A DNA stretch of 61,656 bases, counting the filler, from Chiloscyllium plagiosum (taxonomy: Eukaryota), in NCBI RefSeq assembly GCF_004010195.1. It is 5 parts of one record of this genome, joined end to end, with 100 filler letters (N's around TTAATTAATTAA, not from the genome) between each part and the next. Parts side by side here need not be neighbours in the genome. Positions count along the whole stretch, not along the records: positions 18,311 to 44,459 come from NC_057710.1; positions 44,560 to 54,505 come from NC_057710.1; 3 more parts are not named here. One strand, 5' to 3'. Below the pieces are notes generated by a model. The model saw only the letters and a list, made by a program, of their open reading frames with translations, was not told where the DNA came from and made no database searches. Positions 38,201 to 50,720 of the stretch are shown here, one piece after another. The position numbers were made by a program, and so were the translations under genes. The first letter of the stretch is position 1. Every line of letters begins with the position of its first letter.

Positions 38201-39469
38201 CAGTGGTTCCCATTTGGAACTGTGTAACCAGTGTATGTAGAAGAAGCAGCCATAACCAGACTAATTAGTTGCAAGGGAGGCGTTAATTTGGAGTTAGTTG
38301 TTTAAAACTTGGGAAAGTTTCATCACTGGACCATTCTTCTGACTTTCCCCTCAGGCATAGCATGTTAAAACCAAACTGAATGACAAATTCTATTCTTGTT
38401 AATGATTTAGCGAATACTTTGGGACCCAGACATGTTGCTTCATGAATTGTGTTTATTTGATCCTCTGCAGTGTTATATTCATTGTTGCTGTCAGCTGAAC
38501 TGGGCCAATAATATTGGTGCCGTTGTTTACCTAACATTGCAAAAAGTCTTCGTTTCTATCATTCGCAAAACCCTGTTTCATCAATGTTTCCAAGATGAGC
38601 TATGGCCTGGGAGTTAAAACGTAGGGGCCTGTTTTCCCTCAGTGGTAGTGTTCCTACCCCTGGACTGAGAGGCCCAGGTTCAAGTTTCACCTGTTCCAGA
38701 GGTGTGTCATAACATCTCTGAACAGGTTGATGAGAAAAGTAGGTTTAAAAAAAAAATCAAAAGTCAGAGCGTTGACCCAAAAACTAGGAAGAATGCATTG
38801 TTGAATTCAGTCATGACTGGGACCTGGCTGATATTTTTTTGTGTAAAGAAATAAAATTCAATACAATGAAATGCAGGGACAAAAAAAAAATCCAAGAAGA
38901 GACTTAAATGGGGAAAGAAGACTGCAGATTTTGTAGTCAGTAGTGAGCAAAATGAGCTTCCCCTTTCCTTGGTGATCTATCCCATTGTGTAAGTGCTCTG
39001 TACTGAAGGCAGATCCTTAGCTCTTTGACCTGCTAATACTTTGTCCTGAACCATTTTTCTTCCCAGTTTTGTTAGTGTCGCTTGGCCATTGTTTGCCACT
39101 CTATGTTGTCTCTCTTTCTTTCTCCCTTTCTCCAGTCTCTTCCCGTTTATATTCAAGGTTCTGTTGACACGTTTCAATACTTTGCAGTTTTCTGGCCCTA
39201 ATACACGTTCATTACCGGTCCGTCTAATTGTAGCCAACAAGTCACTTGCAGTGACATCTGTTTTAGTTCCTGCAGCATTCCTTCTGGTGTCTCCTGAGGA
39301 CCTCGCTGTTGTTCCTGCCTGTTTTCCATCTCCATGTTGCCCCTCGATGACATCATCCAAAAACACAGGATTAGTTTTTGTGTGCATGGAGAGGACCCAC
39401 AGTTGTTTCTCACCAGCACATTGCTCAACTCCTCCCTGTTGTTAAGTTCTCAGACTATTGTTCTGACGT

Positions 39470-39895
39470 TTACTATTGGATGGGCCTGTACGTGTTGAAA
39501 TCTAGAAAAATAAGAGGCAACCTTAAAACATACAAGATTCTTCAGGGACTGGCCAGCGTAGATGTGGAAATTTCCCTTGTCGGAGAGTCTCAGATCAGAG
39601 GGCATAATACCACCTTAAAGGGGACGTTTAAGACAGAGGTGAGGAGAAATTTCATCTGAGGGTTGTGAATCTGTTGAATTCTTTACTGTGGTAGGCTATT
39701 GATGCTGGGTTGTTAAGTGCATTCAAGTATGAAAGTGATTTTTAATCAGTAAGGTAGTCAAGGATTATGGTGGGGGGGTGGGGGGAGGGGAGGCAGGAAA
39801 GTGGAGTTGAGGATTTTCAGATCAGCCCTGATTTCTTTAAATGACAGAGCAGACTCATTGGGATGAATGGTGTTCTTGTGCTCTTACATCTTATG
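39470..39895 (+). mobile_element. Old CR1 3' end
   Basis: RKIRGNLKTYKILQGLASVD...FKTEVRRNF. Confidence 0.7.
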
Positions 39896-39899
39896 ACCT

Positions 39900-40400
39900 C
39901 TCTGTCTCGTGACAGTATCTCAAATCTCAGTGTAATATTTGACTCCCAGAGGAACCCCGACTTCCTCTTCATATCATCATCAAGACTGCCTATTGTGATG
40001 TGGAGGAGCTGGTGTTGGACTGGAGTGGGCCAAGTTAAAAATCGCACAACACAGTTATAGTCCAACAGGTTTATTTGGAAGCACTAGCTTTCGAAGCGCT
40101 GGTCCTTTGTCAGGTAGCTAGTGACCTAACGAATGAGCAGCACTCAAAGCTTTATTTCCAAATAAATTTGTTGGTCTATAACCTGGGTATTGTGTTCACT
40201 TTCCCCTCTCACTGCTTATCTGCTGCTGAAATCCTTATTTGCGCTTTCGTTACCTGTAGACTATTATTCCAATATGCTCCTGGCTGCTTTCCCACAGTCT
40301 CTAGGACTTAAGCACATCTTAAACTTCGCCCATTTGTCAATGTACATAGGTATTATTCTCCTATCACCTTGAGCTTGCCGACCTACAAGGCTTCTCTTGA
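39900..40400 (+). mobile_element. L2 LINE C-terminal remnant interrupted by a PLE-derived hairpin insert
   Basis: NLSVIFDS and LSAAEILICAFVTCRL(DYYSNMLLA) match the L2 motif AETLIHAFVTSRLDYCN. Confidence 0.65.
40005..40195. mobile_element. Head-to-head inverted PLE-like terminal repeats (family C) with degenerate hammerheads
   Basis: CAGTTATAGTCCAACAGGTTTATTTGGAA...GCTTTCG on the left pairs with AAAGCT...TTCCAAATAAATTTGTTGGTCTATAACCTG on the right. Confidence 0.6.
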
Positions 40401-40984
40401 TCAAGCAGCATATTGATTTCTCGCCCCTCTATCCAGCCACACTCCCTACTGGAGAAACGTGCTCAGTTTCTGGTCTTGTGTTGGAAACTAAGGTTCCTCA
40501 TTCAGTCTGAGCAAAAGCCAGTGGAGGAGGACAGATTCAGTGTTAGGGCAGTGGTGACTGATGAACTTCATCGTCCTGAAGAAAGATTTGGTGCATGCAT
40601 TCATGAAACCAGGCAGGTAGTTCTGAGAGTGCGATGGGGATTATAGGTCAGTGGTGTTGCTGTGGATGTTGGCTGTTGTCAGGGTACATATACAATCTGA
40701 CCCTGGCCTCATGCCAGCTGGTGATGTCGCCAAGTGTCAGCAGATTAGTGAGGAAAAGGAAGAATTAGATGTAAACCTGTGAAAATTATGGAAGGTATTA
40801 GATAGATGCTGCTGTTGAAGATGCTATATTAGGCTACACAGGCATGGAACTCCAATCAAGTCCCATGGAACTGAAGAATAGAAGGGAAAGGTGTTTGAAA
40901 GGGTCTGTTGCATCAAAAACTATGGAGCTGAAGCAGAGTGAGGAGGAATAACAGCCACAGAGGATCTTCTGCATGGCTTTGGTG

Positions 40985-41290
40985 GGGGTGGCACAGTGGT
41001 TAGCACTGCTGCTTCACAGCGCCAGAGACCTGAGTTCAATTCCCACCTCAGGCAACTGTCTGTGTGGAGTTTGCACATTCTCCCTGTGTCTGCGTGAGTT
41101 TCCTCTGGGTGCTCCGGTTTCCTCCCACAGTCCAAAGATGTGCAGGCTAGGTGAATTGGCCATGCTAAATTGCCCATAGTGTTAGGTGAAGGGTAAATGA
41201 AGGGGAATGGATCTGGATGGGTTGGTCTTCGGAGGGTCAGTGTGGACTTGTTGGGCTGAAGGGCCTGTTTCCACACTCAGTAATCTAATT
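40985..41290 (+). mobile_element. HE1-type SINE
   Basis: A box TGGCACAGTGG, B box AGTTCAATTCC, CR1-like tail. Confidence 0.9.
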
Positions 41291-43677
41291 AATACGTCAT
41301 GTCATGCCATATGGTACATGAATATGGAAGTGAGGGTGATATGACAGAAGGCATCAGAGCAGAAGGTTAGATCAACGAGAAGTCCAGAATGTAGCAGGAG
41401 CAAGGTGCTACTCCAGAAAGCTGTATTCAGTCACCTGTAACAATACAAATGTAAATAAGGAGTTTGGCAGCACTGAAGAAAGTACTGAAGAGAATGAACT
41501 GAGGATGCGAGAGACCAAGAAGAATAGCAACTGTACAATAAGGCAGCAGCCTCAGAGTGTACCTACCCCCCCCCCACACACACACACAAATACATATTAT
41601 TTATAGATATATACCCGGAGTAATCCGAGACGGTCCCATGTGCTGTAAACCATACTAGTGTTGATGTTAGTGTAAAGCATACTGAAACATGGATCAAATT
41701 AAATCAAGCTTCATGATAATTGGAGGATTCTAGCATGTTTGTGAGAGACATTGGAACACTTGGCCACAAGGAAGTTGGAGGTGGGATAGTAGATGGAGAG
41801 AATAATTGAGTCAGAGATGAGTTTTTCAATAGGAGAGTGGTAGTTGTTTTGGGAAAGGTGACTGGGAGGGGGACATGTTTTGCGTGTGCTAAGGAGTTAC
41901 TCCTGAAAGTAATATATTGCTGTTTAATATAATTTCTGCAAAATCTCCTCTGCCTGTGAAGGTTAATTAGTGGCATTTTTCACAGGCTTCCACAATATGC
42001 CTGAGGCCAGTAGTGATGGCCAACTTTGACCAGAATATTTCTATCAAAAGGGAGTGCTTGCATTGGGAATGATAACCACAAGATACTTGGTTGGAATTTA
42101 CTGTGATTTACAGTATCAAATAAGATTTTAGAACTTCATTGAGCATTTAAAAGAAAATTGTCACCAAACGAAAATAATTTTAAAAACAGTCATGTCTTTG
42201 GCTTCAGTGTGAAATAAATTCTTCCATTGGCTTCTGAAAACTGATTCCAGTTTGATTTGCTAAATTTGTTTGACAAAACAAAACATTCGTGCTCCTCATA
42301 TATGTTACCCTTGTGCAAATAGAAGGATGAAATGTATGTTTTGAAGGATTGTTTATAAGTCCCTTCTCTTGAAAGATCACCATGGAAACCTTTTGTCTCT
42401 GAACCCTGAACACAGTACAGGGCAATGACTTATGCAACAATGGGACTGTATGTTAAAGCTGTTCCACTGAGGAAAATAGTCACAAATCTTAGTCATTGTT
42501 GAGGAAAATAGTCACAAAGGTTAACTATCATTGAGGCGGGTTTTTCCAGAAAAGCTGCAGGGTTCAAACACCCGATGGGATGAAACAAACCGAGAGACAA
42601 GGTAAAACAGATGCAGACAAATGGTGAGCTACCTAAAGTGCAGACGATTATTGTTTTGTTTTAAGGTTTGTGAACAGAAAAATGTGAAGAACCAGTAAGA
42701 GTAATCCAGCTACACTCAGCCTAGGAAGTTCTAGCATATAGAAGTTAATCACTGGTCGAATGAATACTGAGAGTGGAGAGCTAGGGAAACTCAGTAGGTC
42801 TGAGAGTATCTGTGGAGAGAGAAACCGAGTTAATGTTTCGAGTCCACTGTGATCCTTCACAACTTGCATACCGGTCTACCCTAAATTATGGATGCATTGG
42901 GCGCTTTTATTTTCATCTGGTAGGTTACCACACACTTGCTTTTCTCTGAATGAATGTGAGGAAAGAGAATCTTCGAGATACCAATTTGTTTCTGTGGCTT
43001 GAGAATATTGCTGATCCAGAAGCATTTCATAGAAAAATGGCAGTCTCCTGACTTATCCCTGTAATTGTAAGGTACTTGTTGCACAGAAATTGAAGGTAAT
43101 GTATACATTTGCTGCCACAGGCAATGAATGAACTGGCTGGTAAACTGATGGTAATCTTCTCCAATCAACCAGCCGCTCAGAGCTTCTAGGTCAAGATTTC
43201 ACAAGGAAGCTTTTCTTAAAGTGCCAAAGTAGCTACTTTGGCTGTTTCTTTTTAATTCTGCGCTTGGGATGTGAATATCACTATTTCACAGCCCTAATTT
43301 CCCTTTAAGATGCTGGTGGTAAATCAGTTTTATGAACCACTGCAGTCTGTGTTATTACAGATACAGCCACAGCATTGTTCAGTGGAATGGTTCAGCAGTT
43401 TGATCAGTGTCAGTACATTTGTCCAAGTCAGGGCAGTGTCCGTGGCTACTGAAATGTTGCACTATTTTATTCCCAGTTTACCTTCTCTACAGGAACTCCA
43501 TGGTGGTAGCTGTTTCCATATTGGAGTAAGAAAAGTCCTCTTTCCCAAGCTATTTGATTTGCTGCTGTTAATGTTGTGGTTATATTTTAAAATATTAGTG
43601 TGAGAGATGGGGAATTTCAAGTGTATGATGGAATCTTGCAGCACAGGAAGATCCCAGTCAGCTCAGTGTGCCACAGT

Positions 43678-43992
43678 GGACGGCACGGTGGCATAGTGGT
43701 TAGCACTGTTGCCTCACAGTGCCAGAGACCCGGGTTCAATTCCCGCCTCAAGCGACTGACTGTGTGGAGTTTGCACGGAAACCCCGTGTCTGCGTGGGTT
43801 TCCTCCGGGTGCTCCGGTTTCCTCCCACAGTCCAAAAATGTGCAGGTCAGGTGAATTGGCCATGCTAAATTGCCCGTAGTGTTAGGTAAGGGGTAAATGT
43901 AGGGGTATGGGTCTGGGTGGGTTGTGCTTCGGCGGGTCGGTGTGGACTTGTTGGGCCGAAGGGCCTGTTTCCACACTGTAAGTAATCTAATT
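43678..43992 (+). mobile_element. HE1-type SINE
   Basis: TGGCATAGTGG / GGTTCAATTCC boxes; tail GGGCCGAAGGGCCTGTTTCCACACTGTAAGTAATCTAA. Confidence 0.92.
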
Positions 43993-44147
43993 GACTCTTC
44001 AATTTTCTCACTTACCCATACCCCTATAAAATATTTTCTTATTTGCAAACAGCCGTTTCAATTATTTTTCATTACCGTGCAATTCTGCAACATTTTTCAC
44101 AATTGGCACTATTTATCACAATTATGCTTTAACAAATAAGCTTTAGA

Positions 44148-46242
44148 GTCATTGAGTCATAGAGATGTACAGCACGGAAACAGACTCTTCGGTCCAACCC
44201 GTCCATGCCGACCAGATATCCCAACACAATCTAGTCCTACCTGCCAGCACCTGGCCCATATCCCTCCAAACCCTTCCTGTTCATATACCCATCCAAATGC
44301 CTCTTAAATGTTGTAATTGTACCAGCCTCCACCACTTCCTCTGGCAGCTCATTCCATACACGTACCACCCTCCGCGTGAAAACGTTGCCCCTTAGGTCTC
44401 TTTTATATCTTTCCCCTCTCACCCTAAACCTATGCCCTCTAGTTCTGGACTCCCGACTCNNNNNNNNNNNNNNNNNNNNNNNNNNNNNNNNNNNNNNNNN
44501 NNNTTAATTAATTAANNNNNNNNNNNNNNNNNNNNNNNNNNNNNNNNNNNNNNNNNNNNTTATCAAAAATGCCACTCCCCCTCCTCTCTTGCCTCCCTTT
44601 CTGTCCTTCCTGTAGCATTTGTATCCTGGAATATTAAGCTGCCAGTCCTGCCCATCCCTGAGCCATGTTTCCGTAATTGCTATGATATTCCAGTCCCATG
44701 TTCCTAACCATGCCCTGAGTATATCTGCCTTCCCTATTAGGCCCCTTGCATTGAAATAAATGCAGTTTAATTTATTAGTCCTACCTTGTCCTTGCCTGCC
44801 CTGACTGTTTGACTCACTTCTGTTCTCAGCTGAACCCATCTCAGATCGATCTCTTTCCTCACTATCTCCCTGGGTCCCACCCCCACACCTTACTAGTTTA
44901 AATCCTCCCAAGCAATTCTAGCAAATGTCCCTGCCAGTGTACTAGTCCCCTTCCAATTTAAGTGCAATCTGTCCTTCTTGTACAGGTCACTTCTACCCCA
45001 AGAGAGATTCCAATGATCCAAAAATGTGAATCCTTCTCCCATACACCAGCTCCTCAGCCATACATTCATCTGTTCTATCCTCCTATTCCTACCCTCACTA
45101 GCTCGTAGCACTTGGAGTAATCTAGATATTACTACCCTTGAAGACCTCCTTCTTACATTTCTGCCTAACTCTCTGTAATCTCCCTTCAGAGATTCAACCT
45201 TTTCCCTTCCAATGTCATTGGTTCCAATGTGGACAATGACTTCCTGCTGGCACCAGGGAAACAACACACCATTCTGCTTTTTCTCTGCTGGCCACAGAAA
45301 TGTCTGTCTGTACCTCTGACTACAGAATCCCCTAACACAATTGATCTCTTGGAAGCTGACGTACCCCTCGTTGCATTAGAGCCAGTCTCAATACCAGAAA
45401 CATGGCTGTTCGTGCTACGTTCCCCTGAGAATCCATCACCCCCTACATTTTCCAAAACAGCAAACCTGTTTGAAATGGGGATATCCACAAAAGACTCCTG
45501 CCCTAGGTGTCGACCTCTCTCACTCTTCTTGGAGTTAACCCATCTATGTGACTGTATCTGAGACTTTCCCCCCTTCCTATAACTGCCATCCATCACATAC
45601 TGTTGCTGTTGCAAATTCCTCATCGCTTCTATCTGTCTCTCCAATCGATCCACCCGATCTGATAAGATTCGCATCCAACAGATATAATCCGCAGTAACCC
45701 TTAAACTCTCTTTAAACTCCCACATCTGACAAGAAGTACATATCACTGCAAAGGCCATTTTTGCTCCTTCACAATCTACAGACCCAGAAAATAACACCGT
45801 CTTATTCCGCTACAAAATTAAATTAATAGCTATGGTTTATATTTTAAGTTTAATCAAGAGACTTACCTCCAAAAACATATAATCACGAAAGAATCCACTC
45901 TACTCACTATTGCAGCCTTTCTCTTGGACAGACTTAAAACAACAATTAACTTTTCTGATTCTGTGCTGTGAACTTCGCCCACCAGTTCCTCCAAGATTAT
46001 GATACATGAAATCAAACAGCAAAGACGGTAAATGTGCAGGTTCTCTCTCTCTGCTCTTCTCCCTTTTAAACTGCTGTTGTTTTGACTTTTTTTTTCCAAA
46101 GTTCCAAAACAATGCAACAGCATATAAAACAGTAATTGCTGCTCCTGGAATTCAACAAAATCACCTCCAGCACCGAAAATACCTCAAAAAAGGAGCAGCT
46201 CTTATAGCCAGAAATTTTTCCCATTCTCCATCTTGGATTTCC
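44148..46242 (-). mobile_element. Probably full-length CR1 LINE spanning a gap: 5' UTR, ORF1 (CxxC, coiled coil, SGNH esterase), ORF2 start, and a 3' end left of the gap
   Basis: ORF1 MAFAVICTSC...LSDRVDRLERQI...IVLGDSVVRG...HIGTNDIG...DRLHLN (frameshifted); ORF2 CIYFNARGL...IIAITETWL...GGGVAFLI; 3' end at 44148-44459. Continuity across the gap is inferred. Confidence 0.85.
44460..44559. other. Assembly gap spacer
   Basis: N-run / TTAATTAATTAA / N-run. Confidence 0.95.
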
Positions 46243-46267
46243 TAGTTGATGTTGATAGGTGAAGTTG

Positions 46268-46692
46268 GTTTTTGTTTTTGTTTTTTTTCCCCAGCACCCA
46301 TGGTGTGTGTGTGCAGGTGTGAGACACAGTGAAAGACACAAAGTGCACGAATCTTTATTCAAATTCCACCACCAGGAAGATAGGAAAACACACGAGTGGC
46401 CAGTGACAAGCACTGCCCTTCACATCAAAGGGCAGTTCGTTCTGAATTTATTTTTTTTATTATTAATTACTTCTGGTTTTTTTTCTTTTTTTTCTTTTTT
46501 CTTTTTTATTTTTATATTAACCCCCACACTACCACCTAAGTGCGGTAGTGCTTATTTTATCCCCAGCACCCATGGTGTGTGTGTGCAGGTGTGAGACACA
46601 GTGAAAGACACAAAGTGCACCAATCTTTATTCAAATTCCACCACCAGGAAGATAGGAAAACACCCGAGTGGCCAGTGACAAGCACTGCCCTT
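46268..46692 (-). repeat. Two direct copies (about 130 bp) of a LINE-like 3' UTR end with A-rich tails
   Basis: CCCAGCACCCATGG...CACTGCCCTT at about 46290-46420 and 46562-46692, each preceded by T-rich tracts; AATAAA on the minus strand. Confidence 0.7.
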
Positions 46693-46959
46693 GAAGTTGG
46701 TTTTCTCAGTTTTGTGGATTGGTTGCGATCCTTTAGCTCTGATTGACCATGATTGGATTCCATCGTTCAGGGCAAGTAAGTGTCCTTTGCTATGAGCATA
46801 GAAAATTATAGAAAAACTCAGCAGATCTGGATACATCTCCACAAATGCTGCCAGACCTGCTGAGCTTTTCCAACGTTTTCATGTTTGCTTCAGATTTCCA
46901 GCATTTGTAGTGTTTTGCTTTTATTTGAATATCTTTTGTTGATGTTTTCTTTTTAACAG

Positions 46960-47007
46960 GTTTGCACCTCTCAGAAGTGAGAGAGGCTCTTTATCTGTGT
47001 CACAGGG
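46960..47007 (+). other. Candidate 48-nt internal exon of an unidentified host transcript
   Basis: Strong acceptor TTTTCTTTTTAACAG| and donor GGG|GTAACT; length divisible by 3; two of three frames are open. Confidence 0.3.
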
Positions 47008-47769
47008 GTAACTAGGGGATAGTTCTTCAACTGTGAGTTTAACAGCATGCCAGTACTGGAACCCAAGCTGGTATATATGTGAACATTTTGTCCCAAGAGT
47101 TGAAACTGGTTTTTTAACCTCTATCCTTAAGTATTCATCAAATGGAGAAACATAAAATGTGTCTGCAGTTTGTGGACATCATCCACAGAGGGATCCCTCA
47201 GATCATAGTCCAGTGTGTTTGATGTTTCATTGATGCTGTGCATGTTATCTTCCATCAGTTTCTCTCTCTAGACTTATATCTGCAGTTAATTTTGGCTGTA
47301 TCAGCCCTCATTAAAAAAAAACACATCTTGGCATTACAAGTCAAGAATGTCAACCAAACTTCAGCTTTTTGATCCACAGTCATGACAAATGGGCTACAGC
47401 TGCACAAAACACCAAGAAAAAGGAGCAGGATGAGGTTAATCAACCCAATAATGAGGTTGTTTTTGCTGTCCTGTTGGTTGCCAGAATGGGCATCCCTACA
47501 GAAACTAGCATGGAATGTCAGCAAAGGTGCTTGTTACAGTACACTGCATAATACAATTAACAGATGAGGTAATCATAGTTGCAGTGTGTTCTTCAACTGA
47601 GGGGACCAATTAGCTTGAAGAGTTTGATGAACGGCACCCGACTTATGTGCCTATTTCCCTAGCTGAAGTCACAAAGGCTCCGCGAAGGTCTGGGATTTTG
47701 CATTCTAGCCTAAAGAAACAGAAAGCATATTTGATTGAGTGAACATAAAAGATAGAATTTAGCATTCAG

Positions 47770-49085
47770 TTTGAGCATCCTGGGTTCAAATAATAGTGCT
47801 AAACTTAAACAAGGGTAATTACATGGGGCTTTCTGCATAGTTGGCTGAGATAGACAAGAAGAGGAATTTAACACAAAAGATGGTTAAGGGACAATGGCAG
47901 ATATCTATGGAGATAGTTCATGACTCAATACAAAGATACATTCCAGTAAGGAAGAAGATTTTTAGGAGAGGGATAAACTAACCATGATTAACCAAGGAAG
48001 TTAAGGATAACATCAGTTTGAGAGAGAAACGTACAACGTGGCAAAGATTAATAGTAAACTAGAGGATTGGGAATTTTTTGAAAAGTCAACATAAGATGAC
48101 CAAACAAAAAGTGACAAAATACACTGAGGGTAAGCTGGCAGATAGAGTGGTGAGTGCCTGGAATGCAATGCCAGTGTTGGTGGTGGAAGCAGACAGATAT
48201 AGTGTATTTGATAGACAAATTAACAGGAAGAAACCAGAGGGATAGAAGCCACATGGGCAATAAGTAGTGGGTGTAAGTAAGGATTAGGCATCAGTGCAGG
48301 CTTGGTGGGCCAGAAGGCCTGTTCCTGTGCTATATTGTAATGTAGAAATGAACTGTAAGAGTTACTTTAAATATATAAAAGGGGAGAGAGAGGCTAAAGT
48401 GAACATAGCACCATTAAGAGAAATAAGCTAGGGAATTAATAATGGGGAATCAGGAAATAGCAGAGGAGTTGGTGAAATAGTTTGCATCAGTCTTCATAGC
48501 AGAAGAATAAAAAGAACGATAGTATCCCAAAAGTGCTAAACAATGGGCTACATTGGGGAGGAACTGAATACAGAGTAGAATTAGAATCCCTACAGTGTGG
48601 AAAACAGACCCTTCAGCCCAACAAGCCCACTCTGACCCCCTGAAGAGTAATCCACCCAGACCCATTCCCCCACCCTATATTTACCCTGACTAATGCACCT
48701 ACCTTACACATTCCTGATCACTGTGGGCAATTTAGCGCAGGCAATTCACCTGACCTGCATATCTTTGGATTGTGGGAGGAACCTGGAGCACCCAGAGGAA
48801 ACCCATGCAGACGGGGAGAATGTGCAAACTCCACACAGTCGCCCGAGGCCAAAGTCGAACCCGGGTCCCTGGCACTGTGAGGCAGCAGTGCTAACCATTG
48901 AAAAGCACAGAGAACAATGCATTTGGGAAACTAATGGAATTAGTACCCCCTGGACCTGATGGATTGCATTCAAGAATTTTAAATGAAGTAGCTGCAGAGA
49001 TTATATATGCACTGACAGTAATATTCAAAAATCCTTAGACTCTGGAAAAGTCCAATGTAACACCCTTATTCAAAAAGGGGGGAAG
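47770..49085 (+). mobile_element. Old CR1 ORF2 fragment with nested insertions
   Basis: TTTGCATCAGTCTTCA, CCCCTGGACCTGATGGATTGCAT and TCCTTAGACTCTGG are CR1 ORF2 signatures. Confidence 0.6.
48577..48897 (-). mobile_element. HE1-type SINE
   Basis: Reverse complement of the HE1 body (GAATGTGCAAACTCCACACAG). Confidence 0.88.
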
Positions 49086-49089
49086 GAGA

Positions 49090-50720
49090 TAAAAACACTG
49101 GGTTGGCAGGAATAGGGAACCCTGGATGACAAGAGATATTGAGGCTATGACCAGAAAAAAAGGAGGCGTGGCTCAGGTACAGGCAGCTGGGATCAAGGGA
49201 ATCCCTGGAGGTATACAAGTAATACAGCAATTTACTGAAAAAGGAAATCAGGAGGGCATAAAGGGGGGCACGAGACAACCTTGGCCGAGAAGATTAGGGT
49301 GAATCCAAAGAGGTTCTTTAAGAAAGAAAAGAATAACTAGAGAGAAAATAGGGCCCCTGAAGGACCCAAGTGGACATGTATATGTAGAACCACAGGATAT
49401 GGGTGAGGTTCTCAACGATTATTTCCTCTCTATGTTTATCATGGAGAAAGACATGAAAACTTGGGAACTTGGGGAGGTTAGTGAGGATGTCTTGGGGGCA
49501 GTCCATGTCACAGTAGAGGAGGTGTTGGATGTATTAGAATGTATGAAGGTGGATAAATCTCCTGGTCCTGACCACATATATCCAAGAACACTGCAAGAAG
49601 CCAGAGAAGAAATTGCGGGAGCCCTGGCTGATATTTTTGCATCATCGTTAGTCATGGGTGTGGTCCCGGAAGACTGGAGAGTAACGAACGTTGTGCCATT
49701 ATTCAAGAAGAGCTGCAAAGATTAAGATGTACATGCATTTTGAAATACAGGGTTTGATTAGGATTAGTCAGCATAGCTTTGTGAGTGAGAAAGCATGCTT
49801 CATAAATTTGTTAGAGTTCTTTGACGAGGTGACCAGGAAAGTTGACGACGGTAGACGTAATCTATATGGATTTCACTAAGGTCTTTGACAAGGCTCCACA
49901 TGGTAGTGTTGCTTAATTTAAAACCAGCAACACAGAAAAGATTTATCCTGTGCAGCAATCTGTAAAAATTTGAGTGGCCAAGAACGATTTAAGGTAAAAG
50001 TTAACAACTTTATTTCTTAAAGTATAACAGAGAATAATTAACTAACAACTATTTACAAGTCCTTAGTCTAAGCTGTCTTTTACCTTCCCTTCTATAATAC
50101 TAGTCCAATAAAACCCCCGATTACAATTTATAAAACAACACTTCTTATCTCAAAATCAGGCAGCTTTTGTTCTTCTTGGTATTTCAGTCTTCTTCTTGGA
50201 GATGCTGCTTCACACGTTACTGATCAATAAAGGTACCTTTTAAGAGAGCTATTTTCTGGGTGCAGATGTCTTTGGTGACGCAGTTCTCCTCTCAACTGTT
50301 CAATTTTCCCTGGTCTTGTATCCCCAAAAGCATAGGATTGTGTCATTGGCTTTCAAGATTGTCAATAAACTCAATTCAAACTTGATTGGAGTGGTATTTT
50401 TTCAGGGTATAATTTAAATTGATTTGCCTAATTTGAATTTGTTTTGTCATTTCCAGGCAATCAGCTAATCAAGTTGTTCCACCAACATGTTACTTTTTTT
50501 TTCAAAACACTTGGTTCTGTCAGGTAGTTCTGTTGCTTTTAACTCTCTTAAAGGTACAGTACACCCATATCTTCATAACAGTAGGTATGCTGGAAGGTTA
50601 GATCGTATAGAATCCAGAGAGAGCTGTCAAATTGGATACAAAATTGGCTTGATGGTAGGAAGCAGAGGGTAATAGTGGAAGGATGCTTGTCAGACTGGAG
50701 GCCTGTGACTAGTTGAGTGC
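49090..50720 (+). mobile_element. CR1 ORF2 fragment interrupted by a solo LTR
   Basis: MGEVLNDYF...DKSPGPDHIYPRTL...VPEDWRVTNVVPLFKK; the DKAPHG motif is broken at 49906 and the RT sequence resumes at 50581. Confidence 0.88.
49907..50580 (-). mobile_element. Solo LTR (674 bp) related to the adjacent Gypsy element
   Basis: TGTT...AACA termini; GTAG target-site duplication at 49903-49906 and 50581-50584; homologous to 51071-51550. Confidence 0.9.
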
